A stretch of 64,000 nucleotides of DNA from Amoebophrya sp. A120. Lineage: Eukaryota > Protista > Dinoflagellata. Below are positions 46,747-59,500 of this stretch, in pieces. A model generated the notes under the pieces. It did no database searches. It was not told the origin of the DNA and was given only the letters and a program-made list of their open reading frames with translations. The translations under genes and the position numbers were made by a program. The stretch covers positions 5,979,754 through 6,043,753 of the forward strand of contig CAJINV010000005.1 of NCBI GenBank assembly GCA_905178155.1, written 5' to 3'. Each line of letters starts with the position of its first letter. Within the stretch, counting starts at the first letter, position 1.

Positions 46747-49674
46747 TCACACGCGCATATGCGATTGCGTCCCGGGAGTTGGGGAGTTCGTGCTACTGCG
46801 GCTTCCACTGCAACTCCGCTGGGTTATTACACTAGCATTGCCCGCAGCTGTTGCACCGCTGCAGCGTCCGCCTGCCGTGGCCAACGCGATATCACTGCAC
46901 GAGGCGAAAAATAAACCTCCACACCACGGCAGCTGGTGAGAGTCTCTGCTTGTAGTTCCTGCTAGAGATGTCCTCGAAGCGACTCCTGCTACATTGTTCC
47001 CACTAGAAGTACCGGTACTGCCCCGCAGCGCCTGCTGTAGCTGTTTCCCGGGTTGCGGTCGATTTCGGGTGGTTGCAACTGAGGGATTCATCTCGTTGAC
47101 CACACCGGTGCGGTCGTCGCATAGGAGCTGGCGATCCTCGTCCGGGTTGCAGCAAGAGGAGGAGGAGGATGCAGGTTTTTTCCTGTCATCACTGATCTTC
47201 GTCGCGAAGCTGAGTCTTGTTGAACACGCGCTCGCTACACCTCTGCTAGATGTACTTCCTGCAGTCGACGCCGCCGGCACCGCTCCTGCATTTGCTGGTT
47301 CGGACGCAGGTATTGGCTTTGCAGGGGGAAGATCGCAGTCTGAGTCGCCGACGTGGAAATTGCAGTCCTCGTTGGAGTTTTCCGATAATTGTGTATCACC
47401 GTCTCCTCTTTCCCCTTCGTCACATCTCTGCACCAGCACGTCGTCGCTGCACAAAGGAGAAGGACCACCTTTCGTGTTGGCCACTACACTACCGCTGCTC
47501 GGACTCCGGTGCCACAGATGTTGGATCTTCGGTTTGCTTGCCGATGTTGTTGCCAAGGAACAGCGACCTGTCGCAGAGCTAGAACTAGCTCTGGCCGCGG
47601 CAACTCCTCCTGCAAGATCAATGTCTTCAATTCCAGCACGGACATCTCTAACCTCCTGGTCTTCAGAAGCCAATAATTCTCCCTCGGAACAGGAAGAGAA
47701 AGAGTTGTAGGAGCTGCTGGTACCAACCGAAGACACCGTCCCCGCCGACCCTGCAGACTGAAACCCATCGGGAGATAATGGATTCTGCGCTGGTGCGTCA
47801 GCGTCACCAGTGTCTTGCCCCCTCTTCTCCCTACTTCTCGCCCTTTTCGCCGCAATTTTCGATTTTCGCAGTTGGTCGTATTTGTCCATACTGTCTTTTC
47901 GACCCTTCCGCCGCTGGATCGGGACGACTGCCATATGCTCCGGGGCACTGCCAGTGTCGACTTCAACATCTGCGGTCGTGAGAGAAGCTCCTTCTACTTG
48001 AGGTTGTTCTACTTCTACTCCATTGTACTCATTATTTCCCCCGACCACGTCCAAATCACCGCTGCTTTTCGCCCTGCTTAACATCCGCGGCTTGGAAACC
48101 ATGCGGACCGGTTTTGACGATGAAAATCCGTCTTCCGACTCGTCTTCACTTGTGTAGGAGAAGTTATACCCATGACGAGATGAACTGCCTTGCCCTTGCC
48201 CGTTATTTCCCCACAACTCTTCGCACTGTCTCGCGATGGCGCGGTCTTTGGAGGATGTGCGAACTGCTCCTGCTCCTGTGTTAGGGCCATGTTGTACTCC
48301 CCTTCCATGCCCTTCCTGTAGTTCTTCTGCTTCAGTGTTACGTCGTCCACACTTGATGTCGTTGTCCCGCCCCTCTTTCCGATGCATTTTTGTTTTCTGC
48401 TGGTTGCTGATTCTGCGGTGGTATTGGTTCAGCATGATAATTTGCCTGATAGTAGACACCGCACCGCCAGCAATCCGGGCTTTTGCTGACAGAGGCGCTC
48501 CTCCTGGTCCTGTTTTGGCAGAATTTTTGCCATGACAAGAACATCTTTCCTCGTCATCCTCTTCCTCTCCAGTCGTCCCTTCCCTCTCGGGCTGGTCGTA
48601 GAAAAAAATCTCGAATTTTTCCTCTGGGGCCCAGTGGACCTTCTTCTTGAAAGTCCGGACCGTTCGCGCATCCGAAGTAGACGTCGAATAAAGAACGGGG
48701 GCGCAGAAGGAGGAGGATGCTTTGGAATTTGATCTGGAAGTTGTAGAAGTGGCTGATGTAATAGCACCTGTCGTTCCCCCGCAGCTTGTATGTCCCGTCG
48801 CTTGAACTCTGTTCTTCGCTTGCTTCACGCAGGACCGAACCGCCACCGGGCAGATGAGCAGGTCAGCGTCGATGAGGTCGTGGTCTTGTTCAATAGGTGA
48901 AGGTGATGCAGATCGTCCTTCGGGATAGTTGGAGGGAGAACTTCTACCGTGGTCCGGCTTGAGGTCCGAAGTGTTCTCACCTCCTGTTGTTCCCGAACCT
49001 GGTGAGAAAGAAGGTGAGCTGCTGGAGGAGGGTGTGGTCGTAGAACCCGAAGCCGGACTCACTGTTGCATCAAAAACTGCGCCCCTCTTCGGGGTCGGGG
49101 ACCGTTTGAGGTGAGCGGAGGCGGTTTTCGGTGGAACTTTCGCGTCGGGGTCTAGAGGGAGTGTCACGCTCGTGGTTTGTTGTCCTTGCAACGGGGCCTC
49201 GCCCTCTTGCCGTTCTCCCGCATGACAAACTGGAGCTGCAGAGCCTGAACTCCTTTGCCCCTGCTCGACTAGCACCACATTTTTCCCTTCCGCAGACGAC
49301 GGCGCGGTCGTACAACAGGCGAAAAGTCGTCTCGGCCGTGAGTTCGCCCTGCTACGGGAAGAAGAAGAGGAGCCTCCTCCTGCTGCAGCGGCTGGGACTA
49401 ACACTGTCGACCTGCTCTTCCCGCTACTTGTTTTCTGTCGTGCGAGAGACAGAGCGTTGGTTGGTCGAACGAGCATGTATTCATCTACTTGCGCGGAAAA
49501 TAAATGGACCAATAGAGCGTAGGCGACGTATACGTAGAGGCATGAGGATCTTCTTCGGGATGCTGGTACTGGTAGAAGTGATGAAGGATCTGGCAATAAA
49601 GCAGTGCGGCAGGCGGAGGCTCTGGGTGGTGTTGAAAACGGCATCTTCGTCGAGCGGCAGTAGCAGTTCCTCAT
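46747..49674 (-). CDS. Hypothetical 975-aa low-complexity protein with an N-terminal hydrophobic segment
   Basis: Long intronless ORF, S/G/T-rich, with hydrophobic LYVYVAYALLVHLF near the N-terminus. The true start may be a downstream Met. Confidence 0.65.
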   Translation of the reverse strand: MRNCYCRSTKMPFSTPPRASACRTALLPDPSSLLPVPASRRRSSCLYVYVAYALLVHLFSAQVDEYMLVRPTNALSLARQKTSSGKSRSTVLVPAAAAGGGSSSSSRSRANSRPRRLFACCTTAPSSAEGKNVVLVEQGQRSSGSAAPVCHAGERQEGEAPLQGQQTTSVTLPLDPDAKVPPKTASAHLKRSPTPKRGAVFDATVSPASGSTTTPSSSSSPSFSPGSGTTGGENTSDLKPDHGRSSPSNYPEGRSASPSPIEQDHDLIDADLLICPVAVRSCVKQAKNRVQATGHTSCGGTTGAITSATSTTSRSNSKASSSFCAPVLYSTSTSDARTVRTFKKKVHWAPEEKFEIFFYDQPEREGTTGEEEDDEERCSCHGKNSAKTGPGGAPLSAKARIAGGAVSTIRQIIMLNQYHRRISNQQKTKMHRKEGRDNDIKCGRRNTEAEELQEGHGRGVQHGPNTGAGAVRTSSKDRAIARQCEELWGNNGQGQGSSSRHGYNFSYTSEDESEDGFSSSKPVRMVSKPRMLSRAKSSGDLDVVGGNNEYNGVEVEQPQVEGASLTTADVEVDTGSAPEHMAVVPIQRRKGRKDSMDKYDQLRKSKIAAKRARSREKRGQDTGDADAPAQNPLSPDGFQSAGSAGTVSSVGTSSSYNSFSSCSEGELLASEDQEVRDVRAGIEDIDLAGGVAAARASSSSATGRCSLATTSASKPKIQHLWHRSPSSGSVVANTKGGPSPLCSDDVLVQRCDEGERGDGDTQLSENSNEDCNFHVGDSDCDLPPAKPIPASEPANAGAVPAASTAGSTSSRGVASACSTRLSFATKISDDRKKPASSSSSCCNPDEDRQLLCDDRTGVVNEMNPSVATTRNRPQPGKQLQQALRGSTGTSSGNNVAGVASRTSLAGTTSRDSHQLPWCGGLFFASCSDIALATAGGRCSGATAAGNASVITQRSCSGSRSSTNSPTPGTQSHMRV

Positions 49675-50314
49675 CTTTTGACTTTGAATTTTGCAGAAAT
49701 GCAGACTAGGTGACGGCGCGTGCAGCTGTTCATCTGCACGTCGATAAAAGGTGCAGGCTATTGGTATTGTTTCATGTTAAAGCCGAACGAATATAAGATT
49801 TGATCAAGGGACGACCAACTGCAGGTGTACGTGTAGTTTGTTCAAGTACTACAGGATGAAGTCGTTGGCAGGTGCGTCTGTCCTCACACACAGTTTTCTG
49901 CTCCCTTGCTCAATGAACCTACCTGCTCGCCACCGAGGCACAGGCAACACCGTCGCAATCATCTCTAGGCCTGATTCTGTCTGAGATGTTTCTCTCTTTT
50001 TTTTCAGGTAGTACGATGGATATTAGCGGATCTTCACCAGCAGGTGGTTCTCGTGGTTAATAACACAATGCTGCATACATTGTACAGGCATGTCAAGAAA
50101 CACCGGGTAGAAGAACATAGAAACAGGAGCTGGCTTGTGCCGTTTCCAGCACACCCCAATGCCAATCTACCAAAAGCAAAATTTTTCTGCGCCAACACTG
50201 GACCTACTTCTCTTGCGAAATTCATTTTGTCGTTCGTTCTTTCTTGATAATTATGATCCTGATTGCAAAATCTGAATAAGAATAAGCAACACAAATTCGC
50301 TGCATTTCAAATCG

Positions 50315-50986
50315 TCAATACGCTCTTACAACAGCATACACCATGACCACCGTCAAGAAGACACCGAATCCGAGGAAAAATTTGATTTCCCGAAATTCCG
50401 TGCCCGTATTACTACTCGCTGTCTGCAGCACCGCCATTCGCCGTCGGTGCATCACGTACATCCAAACCGTGAAGCACAAGGTGATGAGCAAAAGGCAAAA
50501 CGCGAAAAGATTCGCGGCAGAAGCAGAAACTTTGCTGCCGACAAAACTGAAAGATGAACTGGATGAACTTCTGCCGTTGAAGATGACGTTGCTCCCATTT
50601 ATTTTGTCATCTCCAACACTGTAGTCCTCTGGTGGTAGAGCTGCTGGAGAAATCGATAGCACGTTCTTCTTGTCGAACTTGAACAAAACCAAGCCTCCGA
50701 CTAGCACACAAACGTGCATCCAGTGGAGAAACGTTCTCTCCTGGGCGAAAAAGGTTTTCGGGCCGACGAGCAGAGAGTAATGGACGTCGGGGGGAGGTTC
50801 GTGGTGGTCCGGAGCACCTTCAGGTGGGATTTTTGAGTTCATCTCGGGAGAACGACGAGGAGGGGGCTGCGGTTGTTGCGGTGGTTCGGGCTCGCCAGGG
50901 AGCTCGTGGAAAGAGAAGGCAACGGTGGTGGGTTTGACATCTTCGAGGTCTTCGTCATTTTCTATTCGTGGAGCAATGTTTGCCAT
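50315..50986 (-). CDS. DUF202 / vacuolar transporter chaperone VTC1-like membrane protein
   Basis: PKTFFAQERTFLHW motif followed by three hydrophobic segments. Confidence 0.75.
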   Translation of the reverse strand: MANIAPRIENDEDLEDVKPTTVAFSFHELPGEPEPPQQPQPPPRRSPEMNSKIPPEGAPDHHEPPPDVHYSLLVGPKTFFAQERTFLHWMHVCVLVGGLVLFKFDKKNVLSISPAALPPEDYSVGDDKINGSNVIFNGRSSSSSSFSFVGSKVSASAANLFAFCLLLITLCFTVWMYVMHRRRMAVLQTASSNTGTEFREIKFFLGFGVFLTVVMVYAVVRAY

Positions 50987-53517
50987 CTTTTCTTGATGCT
51001 GACAGGGCGTTGCGCCTGTGCTAAAATTGATTGCTGGGTGGCACTAACACTATGGAGCAAAGCAGAGTCAACCAACCAATATGAATGCAAATAAGTAATC
51101 AATAAAGACCACCATAGACATAGTCGTGTGCGACGAAATAAAATTAATACCGCCCAGGGTGGGCGACAGAACACACTCCAAGTCACAGACATAGTTTATT
51201 CTTGCCGGCGGTGCGGGAACTGAAAGAACGTCGATCTTCACGACCAAGCCCAGCGGGCGCGAGCCACACGGGGCCGCTGAGGACACCTTGCACGAGCCAA
51301 GTGCAAGGAGCGTCAACAAAGCTAGGCTGCTCCATAGCACACAGACCCTTCGGGAGGCCAACCACGCGGGCCGTGCCGGCGCCGCCGGGCCACGCGCAAC
51401 ATTACTTAGCGCAACACCCACGCCACGCGGGGAGGCGCGCGCAGGCAAGCACGGCTGGGAAGGTGGCAACCAAAGACATCGGCATCGCCCCCCCAGCACC
51501 GGCGCTGTCCGAACGAAGCCCGGCCGCGGCCATCGATCCATCCTTCCGGCGCTGACGGCCTGCAACAAAATACAACAAAACGACGGGCCACAACCAAACA
51601 ACAGAGGGCCCGCCTGCCTAGGTCTCGCCCGGGCGCATGATATGCCCGGCATCTATCTTAGTACTAACAAACCACGCGGCGCCACTCGTCGCCGTCTTTG
51701 TCGCCACCACCCGACCACTGGCCGCCTGTCTGTCACAGGGCCGCCCGGTCCTCCGCCAGGAAACTCCCACTATGCTTGCGGCGCGCCATGCTTGCAGGGC
51801 GACGGCGCCCGCTGCCGGGCTCGGTGGCGCGCATGCTATCCCCTGGGCCCCCGAAGAAGAGCCAACACCCACAACCGGGCGGGGTCCGAAACTGCTAGGG
51901 AGGAAATAGAATAACCGGGCGCGGGCTCTCTGCGCCGTTGCCGCGCCAGCTTGGCAGCGTATTCACGCGCGCGCAGCTCTAGAACCCGGCCTGCGCTGCT
52001 TTCCTTTGCTTCTGCCCAGCCAGATTCGCCGGGGGGCGCGGGCGTTTTCGCTGCTAAAATAACCCCCCAACCAACACCAGAAGCCCCGGGCCGAAGCCGG
52101 GGGCCCCGTCGGGGGGGGGGGGGCCGCGCCTTGGGAGGTGCCTGCTCCCTCCGAGGGCGGCAAGGCGTCCGCTGGCTCCCGGGGGGGGCCTGGTGGCCCA
52201 AGGTCGGCCCATGCAATCCAACGCCGGCCGGCCCGCGCGCATTGGGTGGCGCGCGCCAACTTTGCGCGCAACCCCAAGCGACTGGGCCAAGGGCCAGCGG
52301 CCTGGGGCGGAGGCTCCAAATCTGCGCCGTTTGCCGCGCCCTTCTCTTCAGCATCGTCCCAGAAGAGGGGCAACGTCGGAAGCAAGGGCAACCGGATCCA
52401 GGTCGCCCGTGGCCAGTCCTTCCTTGGTGTAACCGTGCCCGGAGTACACCGAGGGCACACCCGGCAAGGGGCTACCGAAATACTTCAGCCGCCCCACCGC
52501 TGCCCACTTTCCAGGACGCTCAACAAAGCGCGGCCGGCCGCTGGACCTTCCAAACTAGCACGCCCGCCACGCGCACAACCGAGACCGTCGCCCAGCCGGC
52601 AGATAGAACCTCGCGCACGCGGCAGCGGGGCGCGCGGTGAGCAAGGGAAACCGCGGGACCGGTGGGCCCCCTCTATGAACGCGAAAAAAATCGAGACGCG
52701 CTCTCTGTCCCTCAGCGCAGCAACAGAGTCTTGTAGCCCACGGAGCCTGGCTGCCCTCGCGAATTTTTGCAGCCTCTACTTCATTGAAAAAGAACAGCGA
52801 ACTCCAGCGGTCCCGTCGTCCTCGACTTCGAAGTCAAACATCTGCCCAGCGGCTTTTTTCCTTCTCTATTTTCTGTTGCTCCTCGCTTGCATTAGCGTTG
52901 CTTTCATCTTAGCCGCAATGCGATAACACGCAAATACAGAGAAAAAAAATGAAATGGAAACTCGTCATATATAGACGAGGGGGCTTCAACATGCTGGCCA
53001 TGCCCTAGTGTTCTCCGTTTGAAAATGATAGAGAAGTAGCAGTGACAGTGAGATTATATAGGTGAGTGCCCATAGTAGCAATGGTCTTCGTTCTGGTTTA
53101 TTTGGCTTTTTGCTAAAAGGACACGCTCGCTGCGCGAGCCCTTGACTGCACGAAGAAATATTTTTCACATGATGCACCGAGCAACTACTTGTAAACAGTC
53201 ACGCAGCGTGGCGCCGGCCTTTCCTATTAACAATTAAGACTTATAATAAATCCTTTCGAAAAAAAAATAAATGTGTACGTTAAAGACAACCAGCAAAACC
53301 TGTCGCAAGGGTACTAGCTCAAGAAGCAAAAACATTTAAAAAAAAAACTGCTTAAACAGATCTGCGCTACACCGAGACCAATTACACTTTGCAAGACCGG
53401 TTGAAAATTTTTAAGATGAAACGACGCTAAAGATCAACCTGCTTTGTTTCACATGAATGATCAGAATCAACTTTCTACTTTTCCTCTACGTCTAAAATGA
53501 TTTCCACACGACAATAA

Positions 53518-56500
53518 TCATATCAGCGTCCTCTGCGGTTCGAACAGCGCAAATTGCGCTTCTTCTTGCAACAACGCCGAAGCCAGCCCCTCGCACACCG
53601 CCGCGATCAGGTGCAAGAACCCAAACACCGGCCCCAGCGGAATCCGCAACAAAGCTAGCAAAAAGGAGAGAAACGCCACACTACGGCCGTAATCGTGCAA
53701 CGCGTTCTGCGTCCAAGAGATTAGCCGGATGGTCGGGGTGAGAAACGAATCCAGGAAAAACCCGCGGATGCCGAAGACAATCCCTTGTAAAATCCCGTTC
53801 GCTTTCTGCCTGGAGGACCCGAGGGAGAGTTTGTGCAAGAAGTTTGCGACGAACACGATCGTGATCAAAATGTTCCCGCTAATCTCCGTCATCGCCCGGT
53901 AAGCGCCCTCGGAAAGGCCGTGTTGTAGGGGGACGATCCACCAAGGGGTTATCCACAAAAAAACAACCATCTGCATCCATTCCAGCTAGGTAGCATGACA
54001 AAGAGTGGAGTTTATGCATGTTTTGCATGACAAATTAAAATTGGATGGGGATGAGTGTTTTGTCCTGGATAGAAGTCCTCCGTGAGCTTTTCGAACAGAT
54101 GAAATTCCTAGTGGAGCAGGCCGAGCAACGCTTTGGTTGCCGTCGCTTTAATTTTCTCTGCAGATTCATTACGATTTCGGACTCTTGGTCGTCGTTTTGC
54201 TGGAGGAGTTCCTCGTTACTAATCGTGCCTCTTGTCGCCAATGCTCCTCCTCCTGCTGTCGTCTGGGCTTTTGATGTTTCAACGGGATCATGACCAGCGT
54301 CGCTATTCGTCGGTGCGTTGTTGTTACTTGATGCAGTAGCCGAAGAAGCTCCTATACCTCCAATCTGTGGCAGTTTAAACAGTGCTCGTTTTCTCCTTAA
54401 CTTCCTTTTCAGCAGCCTTTCCTCATGCTGGAGTTGTTTTTCTAATTCCTTCCGCTTCTGCGCTGCTTCCTTTTCCTGCTCTTTGATGGTTTTGCTTTTC
54501 GCCGTTGCTGAATCTTTATTCTTGTCGTGCTCTTTCTTATCCAAAGCCTGCTCGACCACACCCCGGAAGCTGCTGCTCTTATTACTGCTGTGATGGTGCT
54601 GGACATGCACCGGCGACGCCGCCGAGCCAGACACCCGGAGTGCTTGCGTTCCACCAACGGAGTTCCGTTTTATCGACAGTTGTATCACAAGAAAAAGTGG
54701 TAACGTCAACGGTTTTCATAGATTGCTAAAATGCATGACAAATTTTGGCTAGCATGCATTCTTTGCATGACAAATTTTGGCATGTTTTGGGATGCATTTC
54801 TGCATCACAAATTCCGTTAGCGTTAACAGTTTTTCGTTTTCCTGTGATAAATTGTTCCTGCAGATCACGGTCGTGCTTGGACAATTCCACCAACTGCTGC
54901 AATAAATGCTCAAAGTCCTTCAGTTCTGCGTTTACATTTTCCTTGTCCTGCAGCGTTTTTATCCGTTTTTCCATAATTCTCCTTTCTAATTCCTTGCGGT
55001 ACGCCACCACAATGTGGTCGTAAGGCGCCCGGAAGAACCACTGCAGACCGTTGTAAACGCCCTTGTAGGCGGTTAACAGGTAGGAGGACGCGAAGGCTAC
55101 GCCGGTCTCGTAGAGGATGTTTTTCAAGTAGGATCTTTTATGAATTGCAAAAGTATCGCACTCGTATAAATGCATTACAAATTTGAATTTCCTCAGCATG
55201 AGAAATTTGTAATGCTGATCTAAATTAAGAAAAAAATTTGTGATGCAGGATTGCAATACGAGTACGATACGTTTGCACGGGATATCTTTTCAGCATCGTC
55301 AAAATCTCCTTCGTCGTTCCGAGTTTGTTATGGGGTTCTCAAACGTTACATTCTCAAGTGTTACAACATGGATTTGTGATGCAAGAATGGGAAAAGTGGA
55401 ATGGGGGAGGTTGCCTGTAGCATCACAAACTCCACGCAGATTTAGGTGCTGTTTAGTCCTTCGCAAATTTGTCATGCGAAGCAGCTTGATCGTGTGGATG
55501 ATGATGGTGCTTTTGCATGACAAATTCATGTAACAGCTGAGAATGTAACGTTTGAGAGCCCCTTATTTGTTGAGTAACCTCTGCGTGTTGATCTGTAGCG
55601 AGATGTTCGGCATATCCAGCGGGAGGTAGACCAAAATCGCCAGCTTCCGGTAGTCCTGATTCATCATCATATCCTGGACGTCCGGAGTCCTGATGTTGAT
55701 CGTCCCGCGCATCTGATCCACGATCAATTCCCGGATCCGAAATAATTTCGCCTTCTTCTTCGGCTGGTGATGTTTCGCGATCGAGAACACGGGGGGAGCA
55801 CGAATCTGCTGTAGTTGTTGTGTACCTATGGCGCCAGTTCCTCGTGGGCCTGACGTATTAACACCGGCGCCCGACGCAATCGTGTTGAAGGATGCACCAG
55901 CAAACGCACCCGCAGTCTTACTTCTACTCAGTGACGATGAGTTGCTTGTGGCATGTTCTAGACTTGCGTTAGTCCCGATTCTCATCAAGCTGGCAGAGGA
56001 CGCGGATGTGGTTGCCGACCGGACTAGATTGTGAGAAGACCCTCCACCAGCATGATGCTGACCAGCGATGTTGTAGTCGTGTCTATCGTAATCGTGCTCG
56101 AAGAGCACAAGCCTTCGCCTCAACAAACTCGACGCAAATCCTGAAGAGGAACTCGTCCCAGCAGCTGCCGTGTTTTGTCTTGCTGGCAGGGGATGATGGA
56201 GTTGTCTGGAAGGAGCTGGACCAGCAGCAGTAGGATGGAGTCCTCGTATAGTGTTCTGTCTTGCCGTCCTCGGCGAAATAAGAGCAGGACCCCGTCTGAT
56301 GTTACCATCTTTACCATCAGGACCACGAGACGAAGAACTCCCTATCTCGCCTAAAAACTCCTCCTCCAGCGATTGGACGTAGAATTCGTGTTTCATCCGG
56401 TCACGCAAGCTAGGATTGTAGGATTGGCGCAGGCTGTCCGCTATATCCGATGGGATGTGGCTCTGCTGAAGATGAGGCACTGCACCCGCACCTGCGGAGC

Positions 56501-59500
56501 CTGTTGCACTGCCAACACCTGCAGTGGAGTTCAAACTGGCACTCCCCCGATAGTGATCCGCTAATGACGGGGCCGTGAACAGGTGATATCGATTTTCCTT
56601 GTCAATCACAGCTGTATTTGCAGCACCAGCATGTTCCTGGTGCCTTGCCTGATACGTCGCACCAGCTGCAGTCACACTAGAAGAAGACGCACCTAAAAGC
56701 TCCGCTAGTTCAGCGGACAAAAATCGTAAGTGCTCCTTGTTCCCACCTTTAGGCGAGTTTGCAGGTCTAATATGACCCGTTCCCTTCGGAGATGTTGAGA
56801 CGGAAGCCGTTGATTCTACTGCTGTTTTCCGAGAGGACCCGGCACTGGTGCTCTGTTTATGTTCATTCACCAAAGCGGCCCACTGGGCGACTTCCCGCTT
56901 TAACAGGTCGGTGTTTTTCTGGTTCGCCGTGCTCATGCGACTTCCAATCACTGCGGATCCTGCCCCAGTTGCGGTCATCAAGTTGTTCAAAAACGCGCCC
57001 AACCCCGCCTGTTCATACAATCTATCCTGTGCAAAAGTATCGTACTCGTACAAATGCAAGTCTTGCATTACAAATCGAAATCTTGTTTCCATTCTGCATT
57101 ACAAATTTTCTTTCTCATGCTGACGAAATTTGTAATGCATTTATACGACTACGATAGGATACTTTTGCAGTTCATATAATCTGAGGAAAGACGATAACTC
57201 CAGATTCAACCACAACGGCACAAGTTTCACCCGCACGAATCGCACCTCAGCTTCTTCGTCTTGCTGGAGTTCCTCATGCGAGGATTCGATGTGGTTGTGA
57301 TACTGATTGTTCAATCCAGGTCGGAGCACAGACTGGTCCCCGATTTGCCCCACTATGTTAAAAGCCCCCGTGTCGATATCGAACAAATCAGATTCCTTCT
57401 CGTGCTGTCTGTTCACCTTCTCATCAGTCGCAGTCAGCAATTTCGTCGGCGCAAACACCATGGTGATATCCAACGCGTGGTCGGCGAAGTGCCGGCTGTT
57501 CTGGTGCAGGAAGCGCCGGTTGATCAGCACCGGAATGTCCGCCGGCGCGTAGTGGTCTACTTGGAAGTGCTGGATTTTGAAGTGCATCGAAGGGCAGTAC
57601 TCCTGGATGCGGTCCTCTAACGTGCTGGTCGCCGTGGCGAGTCTCGCCTCCCTCTCCGCCTTCTCCGCGAGATGAAGTTCCAATTTGTTTTTGTTCGATC
57701 GACGACCGTTTCTACTCTTGTTTCCTCGATAGTGCAGCACTCGAGAGTTGTTGTGTCCTTGGTGGGCACCTCCTGCTGCGTAAGAACCTGTGTTGACGTC
57801 CCCAGCTCCCGCCACCGTGCCTCTTCTTCTACTCCGGCAGCTGCAGATTCTACTAGTCCACGACTGCCGCAGATTCTCGCTCGCGTGGTAAAAGCTCGCG
57901 TTCCCGCCAGCTTGAATACTCGATGACCCCCGCATAGGATTTCTAGAGGACGACGCCGTTGCTTTTGACTCTTGAGAACTCAAAAACTGTTGCTCCAACG
58001 CTGCGTCCTCGCGCTCTAATTCCATCCGGAAATCGAGCAAATAGGTACAAACGGTTTTCAATTTCCGGATGTGGAAGGTTTTGAAGTCTTCGCGGAGCTT
58101 CGTGGAAACACGCCGGCGGGTCGGGTTCAGAAAAAAGCCGGCGGGGCTCAACAGCGTGGAGAGACGGGAATTATTATTATCCGATGGAGTGTTTTTATCG
58201 AAAACTTTTTCTTTGTTCTCCGCGCTAGTGCTAGTTACGCCTTCTGGTCCACCTCCTGCCTGATTAGAGCCTCCTCCTGCGACAAACAGGCTCGTGTCGA
58301 TCTTCTCCACAACTTTGCAGACCTCGCTGCTCTTCGCCAGCCTCCGATCTTCTACGGATAGCAATCCCGTATCATTTCCGGTTTGCATTTTCTCATACGG
58401 GTTGAAAATGATCCCAGCTCCCTCCCCATAGCTGTAATTTACGTCGGCGGCACCATCGGCATTGGTCGTGATCATTGCTCGGATTTGGTCTCGCGAAAGC
58501 AGTTTTGGCAGGGTGTACTGCAACGTAATTTCCTTCACGCGGAGAGCCAACATCTCCTTCATATCGTGAATCCAGGAGACCGAGAAAAGCGGGAATTGGA
58601 CATTGACCCCCGCGATCTTGTTTCCGAGCGACTCCTGCTGCCTGGTCTGAATGATGCTCTTCATTTGGAAGATTTTCTTATTCAGGTTTCTACTGAACAA
58701 AGCACCCGGGGCTCTTGTCGTTGTCGTTCTTGTGTGGTTTCTTGTAGATGACAAAGCCAGACCACCGCCTGCAGTAGTTGCAGGAGCCGAAGTAGATGTT
58801 GACGAAAGCAGTCCCGTTATGCACTTCTGCTGTCGCTGGATCGCATCTTCGACGTAGTTGCTTGGTCTTAGAATCGCTTCCTTTTCAAATTTCAACTCCT
58901 CTAAATCATAGCTCGACGCGGAAAAAGGGTCTAAGTCGCCACTTCCGAAAACACCAACAGTGGAGTCCGAGGACCAAAAGGAAGAATTGCTCGCCGTGGC
59001 AGCGGATAGCAAGTGGGTCTCTGTCAACTCCAACGCTGTTGCCGAGTCTGCGGTGGAAAATGTAATACTCCCTTGTTTTTGCAACTGCAGTAACTGTGGC
59101 GACAGCAAGTGATCGGTGGACTGCAGCTCGTACACCGTTTTTGCCTCGGCCGAGGCGAGCAGTTTTCTTCTCCTGCTTTTTCGCGCAGTTTTCTTGGTTG
59201 CGGTGGTTTCGCGGGCATCTCCAAGGGAGCTCTTGGAAAAATCGTTCCGTTTGATGGCCATTGATTCGTCTTCCCCTACCCCTTGATAATTGTCTGACTC
59301 TGATCGCCATCGCTGTTCTTCGTCCAAAAGTAGATCCTGGCGGGTTTGACTCAATGCACTTCCGCGTTTTCTTTTGCTGGTTGGCTCTTGTTCCAACTCC
59401 TCGGGGTTATTTCCTGACGATTTGGAAACAGATCTCCGTTGATATGCAGAAGCGGCCGCCGTGGCTGCGGAATCTCTCGTCCTGTTAGCTTTCCTCGTCT

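Noticed and set aside
39080-57181. Apparent excess of synonymous mismatches between the two TSD copies (39085, 40743, 54683, 57023)
   Set aside because: About as many non-synonymous mismatches exist and the sample is small; ordinary purifying selection on the exonic copy explains it.
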